Positions 50,446-62,668 of a DNA stretch of 64,000 nt are shown here, in pieces. The notes beneath the pieces are model-generated. The model had not been told where the DNA came from, made no database searches, and saw only the letters and a program-made list of their open reading frames with translations. The position numbers and the translations under genes were made by a program. Numbering within the stretch: the stretch's first letter is position 1; every line of letters starts with the position of its first letter. Source of the DNA: Iphione sp. A-MEVVRFRX5 (taxonomy: Eukaryota); NCBI GenBank assembly GCA_976226885.1, contig OZ320319.1:38130001-38194000 (forward strand), read 5' to 3'.

Positions 50446-51481
50446 TATGGGTATTGATCAAATAGATGTTTTTTTTCCTTTCTCTTAATGCTCTATCCAT
50501 CCTTATGTGTCTTGGAGTTTTGTGATAATTGGTCTCTGTCCAGGCAATTCACAGCCATTAGGGTGTCTCACAATTTTTCTCGAGATAGCCTCTGCGTTTG
50601 AAGTGAATACAAAGACTGAGTGACTTTAGTCAGAAGTCCTCATAGTGTGTTCCCTTATAATTATGAATGGCTCCTTCAAATAGTATATGAACATTGTTAA
50701 ACACATGTAAAGCACACTATCATTGTCACGCCGAGGGTCGTGCATGTTAAGTTACGGCTCCCAGGCAGAAGGATAAGTGTGTGTTGTAAATACAACATGC
50801 ACTACCAGGCAAAGGACCTTTCTCTGCCTGTGTTAATAAAATCGTTATCGTTTCCCAGGGCTCCAGTCAGACTGAAATGACAGAGAAGGTAAACCGAGAT
50901 TGCCCTGCAATTATGGCGTCCAGCACAGTGTGCCTCCCGGTTAATAAAACGTTTAAATTTGAACAATGATGGTCCTACAAGATCTTGCAGGTTCCCGCAA
51001 GCTCTACCGTCTTCATGATTTAGGGTAGGAAGTCGTTGTAGGGAAAGTAAAACTCTCATCGTTTTTGCTGTCCTCGCTCATTCGTTAGTTTTCATTGAAT
51101 TAACTCATCAATGTTATGTACGCGGATTTTATGAGGTAAACACTATTTTGATTAGTAAATGGACGTATGCTTGGGAATCACTCGTATTGTCAATCTCTAT
51201 TGACATACAGGACCCCGTTGCCATACTGGCAGGAAGACTACAAGTACATATTCACAAATGCTCTACAATATGTTTCATTTAAATAGGAGATTTTGGGGAG
51301 GTAAATCTGGAATGATCAGTAGACCAAGGAGCGATTGCTTTGGCCTTCTATTTCCAAGCCAGCAGAAAAATGGTGCGGATAAATTTGTCACATACCCCAG
51401 TTTATATGTCTCCGATCGCTGACTATAGAATACCAATAGGAGGGCATCTCAGTACACGTCGCATTGCTGTTTGAACGTTAA

Positions 51482-51807
51482 GGCCTAAACAAAAAATAGC
51501 TGTAACCCGACCGACCCTATTTTTGGTGTTAATGTTAATTTTTATTTTATTCATGTTTTATGAATATCTCAGCAATGAATAGGGGTAGAGACTCATATAA
51601 TACACCATTGTGTTCCTTATGCCATTAGCTTTCATTTGATATATATTTCATTAAGATATAACCATTAGAACATATATTATCAGATTAATTTGTTGATGGG
51701 AGTATAATGTTACATTGAAAAAGAGAAATAAAAAAAATAAACCACCGACCTACCGACCCTATATTTTTTCAGCATGTTACCGGAAACACAGAACCTTTTT
51801 TTAGGCC
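51482..51807. mobile_element. MITE of the same GGCC-terminal family, 326 bp
   Basis: Ends ggcctaaa.../...ttaggcc; right TIR tgtgtttccggtaa matches the 60.4-kb copy; subterminal ccgaccgaccctat occurs twice; flanks taa/tag. Confidence 0.65.
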
Positions 51808-53034
51808 TAGGTAACTGATTAAAAAATACTAAGAGGCAAGACATCTATGATAAAGGGAAGAAATATTAACCTCTTGCCTATTTTGTTGCCAAGACCCTCT
51901 AGCTTACTACACATAAGGACTGAGTTGTCTTCATGAGGGAATGCCCTGCTTCGCATTTCTACACAGCGAATGTGAGTTCCTTATGTTCAGCGACGCCTAC
52001 TGCCGGATGCCTTTGTTAGACTTATGCTTAAGCATATAAATCCAACCACTCCCCCTTCCATCTTTACGGTGTACACCTTGGCTCCACTCGTATACCATTC
52101 CTGTCAATACAGTTAACACGAGACGCTGCAGAGCCTTATGTACTGAGGATCAATACCAAGGAGAGTAGAGTTACAGCCAATGTGGAGAGTTGAATAACGT
52201 ATTAAGGTTACTACGTACCTGTTCACAGAGACGGTCTATTAAATCACATGCCTGTAGGGCAACACTAAGTCAAGAACTTGTGGGATGTATTTTTATCTCA
52301 TAGTTTATCTATATAGCATAATACAAGATTGTGTATACTGACGAAGAAAAATGATTCATATTCGTCCTTTTTACGGTGGTTTCATCCTGTGCTTGTATCC
52401 TTTCCAAGAGCAGATAGCTATTCGCATATCAAATACTTCTTAAATTATTCATGATCTAAAAGAGTACACTGGAATGTGCTACACGGTTCACAGAATTTCC
52501 ATATTATAATTATATTGTTTGCTGATTAGTAATTACATAAGGTTAACTTGAGGTACTTATTCAGTGAAACTTCACAAATGGCAACTTTCACAGGCTCCAA
52601 TTACACTTCATGAACGTTTGTAACGAAACATATGTCTTTCTTTCTTATGATTACTTCTAAATGTTACTCCCTTCATAACTACAACTTCAACTTCAAGGAG
52701 GCCGAAGAATTCTGCACATGTTGCTTTCCAGGACCGTTGGAACTCTACTTTCAAAAATACTATTATATTGATATATGAGACTATCAGGGCCAATATCAAC
52801 ATCACAAATTCCGCCGTGGTCTATCTAGCCCAATACAGCATGCAGTTCAGATAACAGCTAAACAGTCGTGCCCACGGTATTTCATGGACTGAGCGAGTAC
52901 TGCCCAGTTTTATCTAAATTCGTAGCGACAGGAAAAGCCTCACTGTAATATCTGGTTTCCTCAAACAAAGAGAGAGATATCCTAAACTTTTATGTTCAGG
53001 AAAAAATTGAATTGCAACGCCATATGTCCTTCAC

Positions 53035-53052
53035 ATATATATATATATATAT
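53035..53052. repeat. (AT)9 microsatellite
   Basis: Direct read. Confidence 0.9.
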
Positions 53053-56000
53053 CTTTCCATATACTTCATTCCATATCTGACACTGGATTTGATGTTGACC
53101 TGTTAATCTTTCCATGTGACAGATTAAATGTCCCTGTTGGACAGACTAATTTAAGGTCCATATCCTCACATCTCAAATGTCAAATTTCGTTTCCGTCTAT
53201 TTATTTCAGAATTATATATCTTTCTTTCTCTTTATCCTAGAGCAGTGCAGGCGATGCAGTAAACATTATTTTTCGTGTGATATTCCCAATATTAATGCAG
53301 CTTCCTATTGGCAATCGACGAACAGATATTTATGGCAGTGGCTACAATCAAAATAAGCTCAAAGTAAGTTCTAATGGACTACTGCCAAGACCAGTTTAAA
53401 CAGAAGGTATAATATCATCGGCCTTCGGACACAAGAGAGCGTGACACTCAGAATGGATTCCTGCACAGCCATTGTATTTCTGCTATTGTCATTCCTCGCC
53501 GCTGTAGTATAATTAAAATCTCGCCGGCCGGGGCGTCAGAAGAAAGCCGGGACTAGGTTAACACTGGAGACTGAGCGAGCAGGTAATTGACAGACTGTCA
53601 GTCTCCCAGCAGATCATTTGTGATAAGTCGCTCAAGGTACGGTTTGCGTGAGACAAATAAATCTGCCCGGCCAGTTACTTCTCGACTACCACACAACCCT
53701 AATACTCCTGCTCAGGTAAAATCCTTGACTAGATCGGAGCAAAGATATGATCAGTCTGGATGGGGAAGTAAGACAGGCGCCCCAGATTAACAGCATTTAA
53801 TATGTCCCCCCTGTAATTCATTATTCAGAAACCTGTATTGATACAGTACATAGAAGCACAGACCTTGAACTACGCTCATTTACGGCCATTCACACGCGGA
53901 CGATCAAGACAAGTGGAAAGTTTAGTCTCACAGGTACCGCAACGACGTTATTCATCGACCAGTATGCCCAGTAATGTGTAACATTTTCTCACGTTTCACT
54001 AAATCCACCATCACCACGAGCAGTAACTGCTTAGTTTAAACAAAGGAAACTGTTTAGCACGTGAGTATTTTAATCGAGAGAATCTATGTCAATACCCGGT
54101 GGCATAGTGCAGGAAAAAACACCCAGTAGCCACATAAATTTTCCAGGCTACAGATCCCAAGCACCTTGTGGTGTGCGTTCAAAGCGCTTGCGCGGTGGCT
54201 GACATCCTCCATTTTTCTTGGCGTCGTTCAAAGCATTAGCGGCAACTGGCCGGCATAGTGTGGTAGTCACGCTTAATTAGCCTCGTAATCAGAAGCCAGT
54301 CCATGAGAAAATTAGCCCATCATGCCAAGGTGAGCGTCAACAGTAATTAACGGCACTTTTGTTGTTGATTAATTGCAAGACCGACAAAGGATGGGCCTAC
54401 CGGCGGCAGCACGGGGTTTAGGTACTAGCGTCAAAAACTAGCTGTTTACTGGTCAAAAGTCAGCCTGGTCGGCTTAAACTGACCACAGTCCGACTTTAAA
54501 TAAATGAACTGAGGAGCCTCTGAAATCAGAGTTATTTCAGATACTTTCATGGGAAGACGCCGGGAAAATAAATCATTAATGCCGTTGATAAACTGTGTGA
54601 AGGGGATTGTTTCGAGGAGTGCACTTTCCTATCATTCTTGATCTCGTAACTGTGGTCATATCTGGTGCTAGTTTATTAAACTACCCAATGGACCCTATTG
54701 CATACCCGGAAATGGCATACATGAATATAGAATGATATGGAAATGGGAAACTCCAAGGCAGACTACTTTTTCATTCCTGCTCGTTTACTCCAAAATATTA
54801 CAGATAATATAGAAAGCTTATTCGGAAATTCCTAGATATACATTTTAATAGAAATAACATGATGCTAGAGTGAAGACAAACATTGAGGCTATTTATACAA
54901 AGAGCGGTGAATTAGACTTCCAATAAGCACAAAGAGTTGTGTTCAGTGACAGTACTTTCTCTCTTGACGTGTGTTTTTAGGACCGAAAATGTAGTCCACT
55001 TGACTTGGTTCGTTTATACAGTAAAAATTGACTGTATTTTACGACAGCTAACACTCAGGCAAAGATCAAGCGTGCAGGCAGGCGTAGGGTATCGAAGGGT
55101 GCCGAGCGGATTACATTATTAACAAGACTTAGTTTGCGATTTTTTTGGTGAGGCACTGTCTGATGTTAGTTTTACTTACGAGTGAGCTGTCCGTTTCGGT
55201 TAATGACAGTGGAGTCATCTTTTGCTCTCTCCGGTGGGTTTGCCACTGGAAAATGAAAAGCAGCGAGCTATCTAGCAGCTATCAACAACAAGTACTAGGT
55301 TAACAAAATGATGAGAAACTACGACAGCAAAAATCTATGTATATTTGGAGAGTTAAGAAGAATGCGGGATTACTTGTATATGCCATTATTATTACAGTTA
55401 TCAAACCTGTTAACGAGGACCATGTAATCGTAAGTGGTGACTTGGAATATTCATTTTATGGCATAGATCCTGACAGATAACTCATTGCATCTATTACAGT
55501 TTTTCCTAGAGACAGGTGACATGAGTTCTTGAATTAATACGGTTAGAGTAACAGTATTTTATATGTGTGGCATAAAATATTTTGATAGATTGTACAATGA
55601 TTATTTGTATTCTATCAAAGTCATTGTCCCATCAGAGCATTTCAGATGTTAGTTTAAATTTATTCAAATTGTCTAACTGTACAAGGAAGATGTTATTTGC
55701 TACACAGTAATGTATCCGTTCTAATTACTACTATAACAGCCCTTTTTAAGACATACAACAGACTTACTGCTTGTCCAGCATGATGTGATTTTCCTCGATA
55801 AGTTTTGAGTTATGATAACGCCACGATAGAAACTTTCGCTAGCTATAAAACAGTTCATGTTTTACTTTATCAAAGGTACGCATTGTTGTTTTCTTTACCA
55901 GCAAAAGAAAGCTATTGCTGTCTGGGCAGCCAATATCCAAGTAGGGAGACACAGCCGGAAACCAATGGCGCCACCAGGGCCTGATACAATTGACGGATTG

Positions 56001-56122
56001 GGTAGGAGCAATAACAGAATAATCCATTCCTATCAGTGTTCACTATGGCCTGTGGGGCACTGTCCAGAACGGGTTATTTTCTATAGGTCGCTAGGCTAGG
56101 ACGTCGGTAAGGGCTCACTTGC

Positions 56123-56259
56123 CTAAGATGGGCTAGCCGTTCGCTTCCAAGGAAAGGAAAGAGGAACACTCGGAATGGAGAGAGTAAGGGCGTGGGCCGA
56201 AGGGTAGCACAGCTAAGTTTAGTTATTGATCTTTTCCGACATGACGCCTCTGAGTCCAT
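56123..56259 (-). CDS. Candidate alternative first exon with GC donor, MDSEASCRKRS...ERLAHLR|
   Basis: ATG at 56259; AG|gcaagt is a consensus GC-AG donor in phase 2 and fits acceptor 39462. Confidence 0.2.
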
Positions 56260-57976
56260 TTACATCTCTTGACCTTTGTCTCTCCACCACAGCATAATTC
56301 TGCTCCTTGACCTCATATTTGTCGGGCTGTGCTTGTACCTTCTAAAACACAGCCTCACAGCTCACTTCAACATTACCACTGGAGCGTGCTAAAATTTCAA
56401 CTTTGAAGAGATCTTGTTACAAGGATTGGGCGGATAAGATAAACAAAACATCTCACAGAGGTCTGCATGTTCCTGATCTCTTGTTTCCCTACTGTTGGTG
56501 ATGAATAGACAAACAAAACGTACGGTCTTTTATAGACTTGACATGCAAGTATTCTTCCTATGGCATTTTACATAATGCCAGTATAGGATAACCAAAGTTT
56601 TGTGAGGGACTACTCCGGAGGAGAACAACAACGTATTATTCTTTGAAGCGGAATTGTATGAATCATGCGATATTTTAGGAAGCTCTTGAGTGCGACAGTT
56701 TTGATCTGGGAAGAAAAACTCTTTTATCCCGAAGATTAGGTTTCTCACTTAAATCAACTATGCACCGTAAAGTGGAAAACAGATAACAGTTCTCCTCTTG
56801 CCTTTGACGGTAATGGTTGTAAACTTATCCAGGCCGTTTGAAGGCAACACCAGCTCGTTGATTCCGTAAACGAGACTGAACCATACGTTTATATTTCCAC
56901 AGCTGGCACCTATCGTGTCCTTAATTCCTCTAATGAAACGTTGTTATACAAACCAGGACTGTTCAGATATACCTGATCAGCTCACATCTGATTTCTTAAG
57001 AGGCTTTTAATGATACATACAAAAATTACAAATAGAGTACTACATGAGTGCGGCCCTCACAGGAAAAAACATGTAATGAGGGAGACCTTCAATTGTTTGG
57101 CACAAAAGAAAGACAAAATGAGAATTAGTCAGTTTGCTCAGAATTTAAATGTTTACAATTACATGGACATGCACCCTTTATATACATGTATATATTAACA
57201 GAACACATCTACTGAAAGTAACAGGTTTCGATGTAGACAATCAAACTACTACGTTTCTGAGGTGACGTTTGATATGCACTATTCGGCATGGCAGCGGCCA
57301 TCAGTTGCATCAGAATGACATCACTCTCCGGATGCTCTGTACATAAGATCAAACAGTAAAACAAAGATACGCTGATAGATGGTAGGGACCTTTGGTGGGG
57401 CTAGAGGTGATTTCACAGGTCGATCACTACAGATCAGTCATTGCCAGGAAAAGTGAACAAAATGATTGATACCGAGGTCTATCTGGCTAAACTAGACGTG
57501 TCGCCCACACGAGGTATCACTCAAACGGCTCTTGCTGGCAAAAATAGCCTTTTATAGATTCCCCTAGACGAATTAGGAAAGTGAGGGATTGGAGCTCAAC
57601 CAAGATGGACGGTTTGAGTGTAGGTTCGGCTCGTACGATCTAAAGTTATTTTATATGCAACAATTCTTAGCGTAACTGCTAGTTCGTAAGAAAGACTATG
57701 ACAATGCTGATTTGAAAATTCAAACGCCGTAGAGCTTGCCCAATTCAACGATAAAGCCGTCTTTCTTACAATATGGACGGTCTCAAGTGAAACCCTGCCA
57801 TCAAGGCAAGGTCAGATTACAAGTGTATCATATATACATGTAACGGTATCACGTGTAACGGTAGGAGTCCCAATTCTTTATCACATAATATCGATTAAAT
57901 TCCTCGCAAAATGTCGCAAAACGGTGAAGTCCCTGAGAGGAATGTGTGCAGCAGTCGCGTAATGTGAGTTGCTCAC

Positions 57977-57990
57977 CGATCGGTTACCAT
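57977..57990 (-). CDS. Candidate alternative first micro-exon (coding part), MVTDR|, ATG inside an X-box
   Basis: gtttctATG GTA ACC GAT CG|gtgagc: strong donor, phase 2, fits acceptor 39462 (CG|A = Arg). Confidence 0.4.
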
Positions 57991-57996
57991 AGAAAC
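57983..57996. promoter_or_regulatory. RFX X-box motif
   Basis: GTTACCATAGAAAC, exact fit to GTYNCC-AT-RGNAAC. Confidence 0.6.
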
Positions 57997-60301
57997 TCGG
58001 CTCTGAGGGTTTGTGTACAGCATCAGATCTCTCTCCCAGTGTTGAACATCAAAGCATGTCTATCTCCGAGAACACCTGCCTACCTGAGCAGGCCTAGGGG
58101 TACCCTAAAAGCACAGACACATTCAAAGCTGACGTAATCACAGCGACTTACGGTTGGCTTTCAAATGCCATTAATCCTGACTGATTTGTCGGTACTTAAT
58201 GTGTGTTGGTCTTATCTGTGGTGTGCTACTGCCACCATTGATAAGGATCATTTTAAAATGTAAAAACAAAGTGTCTACATGCTGTGAAGGACCTACCCTA
58301 CAATCAGTTCTAGCAAACTACCTTTCCACGAATCAGAGAGAAAAGGGGCAAAAAACAAGAATTTATTGAAGCATGAGAGATCGATATTCTATCTTATATT
58401 ACAAGTGAACCAAACCCGCTGAGGCCTTGTGGTGAATGCATTGGTAAAATAATGACAGTCCATGACAGTGTGGTAGGAGAAAAATGACCAGATCTACTAC
58501 ATACCATGTTGGTTAAAAGCAGAATTAGGTCATAGTTTAAAAAAAAGTTGCCGCTGGCCGGTTTTCACACGTCAGTAACCTAGCCGTATCTGCCCCATGG
58601 ATTACATTAACAGAGGCACTCCTCCCAGGGAGAAAGATTGATTCAAACAAACGAATGCCAATTACTAATGGTCTAACGTTACTATCCAACCTGGGAACAA
58701 TCTAGGCGTCCTTTTGTTTAATGAGATCTGAAGTCTTCGACATACTTGAGCTATAGTTTTGCACTTCTGGACATCCAAGGTAGAAAGAAAGACCATTCAA
58801 GAATCTTCGTGTGTGGTCCACACCCTGGCATCTTCCCAACCGCCCCCCCCCCCCTTCCCATATTATGAATCAGCAGTTTTCGGTCGGTCTTAGTCGAAGG
58901 TTGCTGCGGCTGCTTTGATCCAAACTCCGTGTGTAGCATAGAGATAAGGCTAGAGATCAATCCTTACCTCGGCTCTGCCCTAACGGCAAGGATCCATTGA
59001 TTATAAAGCCATGGATCGTGTGCATACTATAGTCAGATGCAAGATGTTTCTATTCAAATACAATGTACCTGAAGTTCATAACTCTGTCCAGCTGCCTGGG
59101 ACACGTTCTACCGAGCTCAAGCCATTAGCATAGAAATAACATTATTGTTGAGTGATAAGATATTGCAAACTGCCTACTTAGATCAACACAGCACTGAGTG
59201 ATAAAGAGTCGTAGATATTGAATCTGTCTTGACACCGTGAATAACCCGGAATGTAACAGTGTATAAAGAACCGTACACATTGCAGGACTGTTGGCAGGAT
59301 TTATTATTTGCACCCCGAGGTAATGATTAAAAGCATTTGTGGGTCCTTGGTCATAAGGTTTCTATTAGAAAGGGAACTATCTAAAACAGAGAATGACTAT
59401 ACCTGCACAGAATAAACACCGCCCATGTAGAAAGGTAAGATTTGTTGGGCGTGGGCAAACAGTATATTATAAGCGTTCGAACCAAACGCCAATGTACGAT
59501 GGTGCAGCGGTGACAGGTGGACTGAAGTCGAAACGCAGCCAAACCATCAGAGTGCTTCGCGACCGCTTCTTTGATCTGCCTAATGCGACATGTTGGTGGG
59601 TCCATATACGACTGGGAGATGACGCATCTTGTGAACGCTTGTCTTAATCACGCTGCTAGAAGCCCTGTTTCACCTTCTAAGAGCAAAGTGTTCGAATTTT
59701 GCCGTTTGTCGAAAGGTTACGAGGCAGAGGTCATAAGATCTTAAACAAGATAATGTATTCTTAATTAGTTTTGATGTTTACCATTTGGCCCTCTAATCTG
59801 TCCAATGTAATATGTAGATACATGTATATATGTATGGTAAATACTTAGCATAGTTCAAAGGTAACAAAATATGCTACCTATATTTCTTAGATTTATTTAG
59901 TTTAAACGGTTCATTCATACAACATGTACATGCATTCATATTTGTATAAAGGTACAGGTGTGAAGATCTTTAATGGTAGGACCACACAGAATTTAGCCTC
60001 AGGGGAAACTTAGGAATTTTCTCAGATACAGGTGACTTTGCAAAGGTAATAATGACCTTCTAACACCAATTACTGTCTTCCTCCATTAATTAATTACCTT
60101 TTTGGTTAACCAGAACTGCCTTTGTATCAGATTCGGGTGAAAGCCTGGCATTTCGTTCTTTGCCTATTTTTGGTTTCTCCAAATATTCAGCAGCTGAAAA
60201 TGCTTCTTCTTACTGCATCGACATGGTAATCAAATATTATCAGCCTCCGTTGAAATGGGAACAATCTGTTAAGTCTTGGATGACCTCTAGATAGTCTCTC
60301 T

Positions 60302-60306
<5 letters not shown>

Positions 60307-60332
<26 letters not shown>
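60307..60332. repeat. (GA)13 microsatellite
   Basis: Direct read. Confidence 0.95.
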
Positions 60333-60394
60333 AGGATATAGCAATGACAATAAACTGTGATATTTCTTACTAGCTGCTGTGAAAAGGCAGCTGA

Positions 60395-60750
60395 GGGCCA
60401 AAAAAATAGGTGTGTTTCTGGTAACCCACCCCTACCTAGTAAAACCTTACCCTACCTAAAATATTTTTGGCCCCAAAGAGTTTCCAAGGCTGAATTTTCT
60501 TAGATGTGTGTTTTCACAGTGCATGTATATGTTTTTGGTAAATTAAATTGGTAAAAGTAGAAAAACAACAAAATCCATGAAATTTCAGTAAAAACAACTG
60601 TAAATTGGTCAAATTTCTTCATACTATCTTTACTATTATTGAAAACTGGGGGAAGAAAGTGGAAAGACAATTTAGAAAAAAAAGATTACCCCCTCCCTAC
60701 CTGGGTTTTTGGGTGGTCATTACCAGAAACACACCTATTTTTGGGGGGCC
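60395..60750. mobile_element. MITE of the GGCC-terminal family, 356 bp, 3-bp TSD TGA
   Basis: Perfect 23-bp inverted core AAAAATAGGTGTGTTTCTGGTAA at both ends; TGA at 60392-94 and 60751-53. Confidence 0.85.
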
Positions 60751-61457
60751 TGAGCCATTTAAGATTAAAATGGACCCTTCAATCGCTCAAACTTCCTGTC
60801 TTGATATAAATCCTCTGCTAAGTGAAAAGGAAAGGCTCTCCCCTGGTGGAAAGTCAATGACCTAGTGTCCATGTTACTGAAGCTTTCCTTTTCGTGGAAA
60901 GACACTGTAGACAGCTGTTGGCCTATGTCTGCATATTATGGCTTCAGCTTGGCTTAGAGACGTGTCATTCTCATCACCGCAAATACATGTGGCTCCTCCA
61001 AGCACCTAATCAGAACTGCTGGTGCGAAAACCATATGAATGATTGAAGGGGGGCAATCAATGCAAGTTCCAATAAGCACTTTAGTCCGTACTTCTATGGA
61101 ATGAATTATACGGTAACTCGTCTTTGTTCCATCAACCAGAAACAGACCGATATGAATAGCACTTGGAACTGTAACATTCAACAATGACAATCACTCATTT
61201 GAAGGCCACGCGTATCTAATGGAAGCCAAAAAGGTAAAGTATGGGCGTCTGGCAGTACATGTCAGATTGTTAATATTTTGGTTATTTAACTGTCAAATCA
61301 GCGAGGAGACGATTCCCTTACATTACCCCTATTTGTGACAGGCCCGGGGAGCAGCGCATTTAATACCGCTTGATCAAAACCATAATATGTGACTTTGTTT
61401 GGTGAAAGGAACCACTCATAAACCGGGCTCGGCAGCTGCATGTTCGGACTCCATTAC

Positions 61458-61503
61458 CTAAACGTCGATATGGCAACACGTTGCTCTCGGAGAGGCAGTT
61501 CAT
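61458..61503 (-). CDS. Candidate alternative first exon, MNCLSESNVLPYRRLG|
   Basis: ATG at 61503; donor TTA G|gtaatg is phase 1 and fits acceptor 45151. Contains an imperfect X-box. Confidence 0.22.
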
Positions 61504-62668
61504 AGGGTCACGCAAGGGAAAAGCATCGCTGCCAAGAATTGGTTTGTCAGGCAGGTGAGTTGTGTCAGGCCTTGAGAGCGTGTTCCCAGATAGGAAGGAG
61601 GAGTGAGATGAGAATCGCCGAGCGCTCGCTGATGTGGGCGCTGTGAAATAGGCTGGTTCAACCGCTAGTAGCTGTGTGAGTCCGACAGATATGTTTCAAG
61701 ATACGAAACGAAAGCAGGAAACGGTTGGGTTTGTCCCACCAAATTCCTCTGCCATCGCGTTTTACTTGTCAAGTGGACTTAATTGTGTCTAACTTCACTT
61801 AGGTTCATGAAAAACGGTTTATAACACATACATGGGTCTATTTTCCTATTTTATATAATTACACGTTCTAGTTAAGAAATACATCGGAAAATTACCCTTA
61901 ATATACATGTAATGTGAATACATATATTCCACTTTAAAACATTGATACAACGTTTAAATTAAGAATGTCTCCAGTCGAATCAAATATGTTAAAGCCATTT
62001 AGCATGCCATCATGGCTAAGAATATGTGAGCAGTACTAAGTCACCCGGGCAAAATACGTTCGATGCGGGATATATTTATATAATGTTAAATGTGGTTTTC
62101 TTTTTCATTATTCAATCCACATCAACGATGGCATACTGTCTCCTGGGCCTCCAGTCAGGCAATTTAGGTACGGGAGTACCATTTAACACCTGTCGCACAA
62201 AGGCAACTGACACTGGCTGTGTGCCGATGAAAGCTCGAGTGTTGCTCTGATACGACTAGCTCAGAATGTATAATCAGGAATTATCATACACCTGACAAGC
62301 ATGGCTATCAGTCTGAAATGAACGTATGACAATATATCCTGCATCCCTTCAATAATACTCGCTATTTAAATCGTCAGTACCATTGATGACTGGAGTATAT
62401 AAAGTACACTTTAGATAGCTATCCTCGATGTGAACTACAAGTATTCTGAAACAGTTAAATTAATAGTCTGAATCGTGGTGAAGGATGAAATTTATCTAGC
62501 CGATGATTTTCAAAGATCTCTTTTCACGAAAACAAATGGTTAATTCCTTCCTGGAATATTCAGAATCATATCATTAGGTATATGGATACAAACCAATCGC
62601 TTTACAAACTCCTCCCTATCATTCCCAGCCTAATCACGAGAAACAAGTAAAATATATGTTGATCCTAC

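Noticed and set aside
54270-54400. Homeodomain/Sox enhancer (several TAATTA and ACAAAG)
   Set aside because: Short AT-rich words are common in this background and cannot be supported without conservation data.
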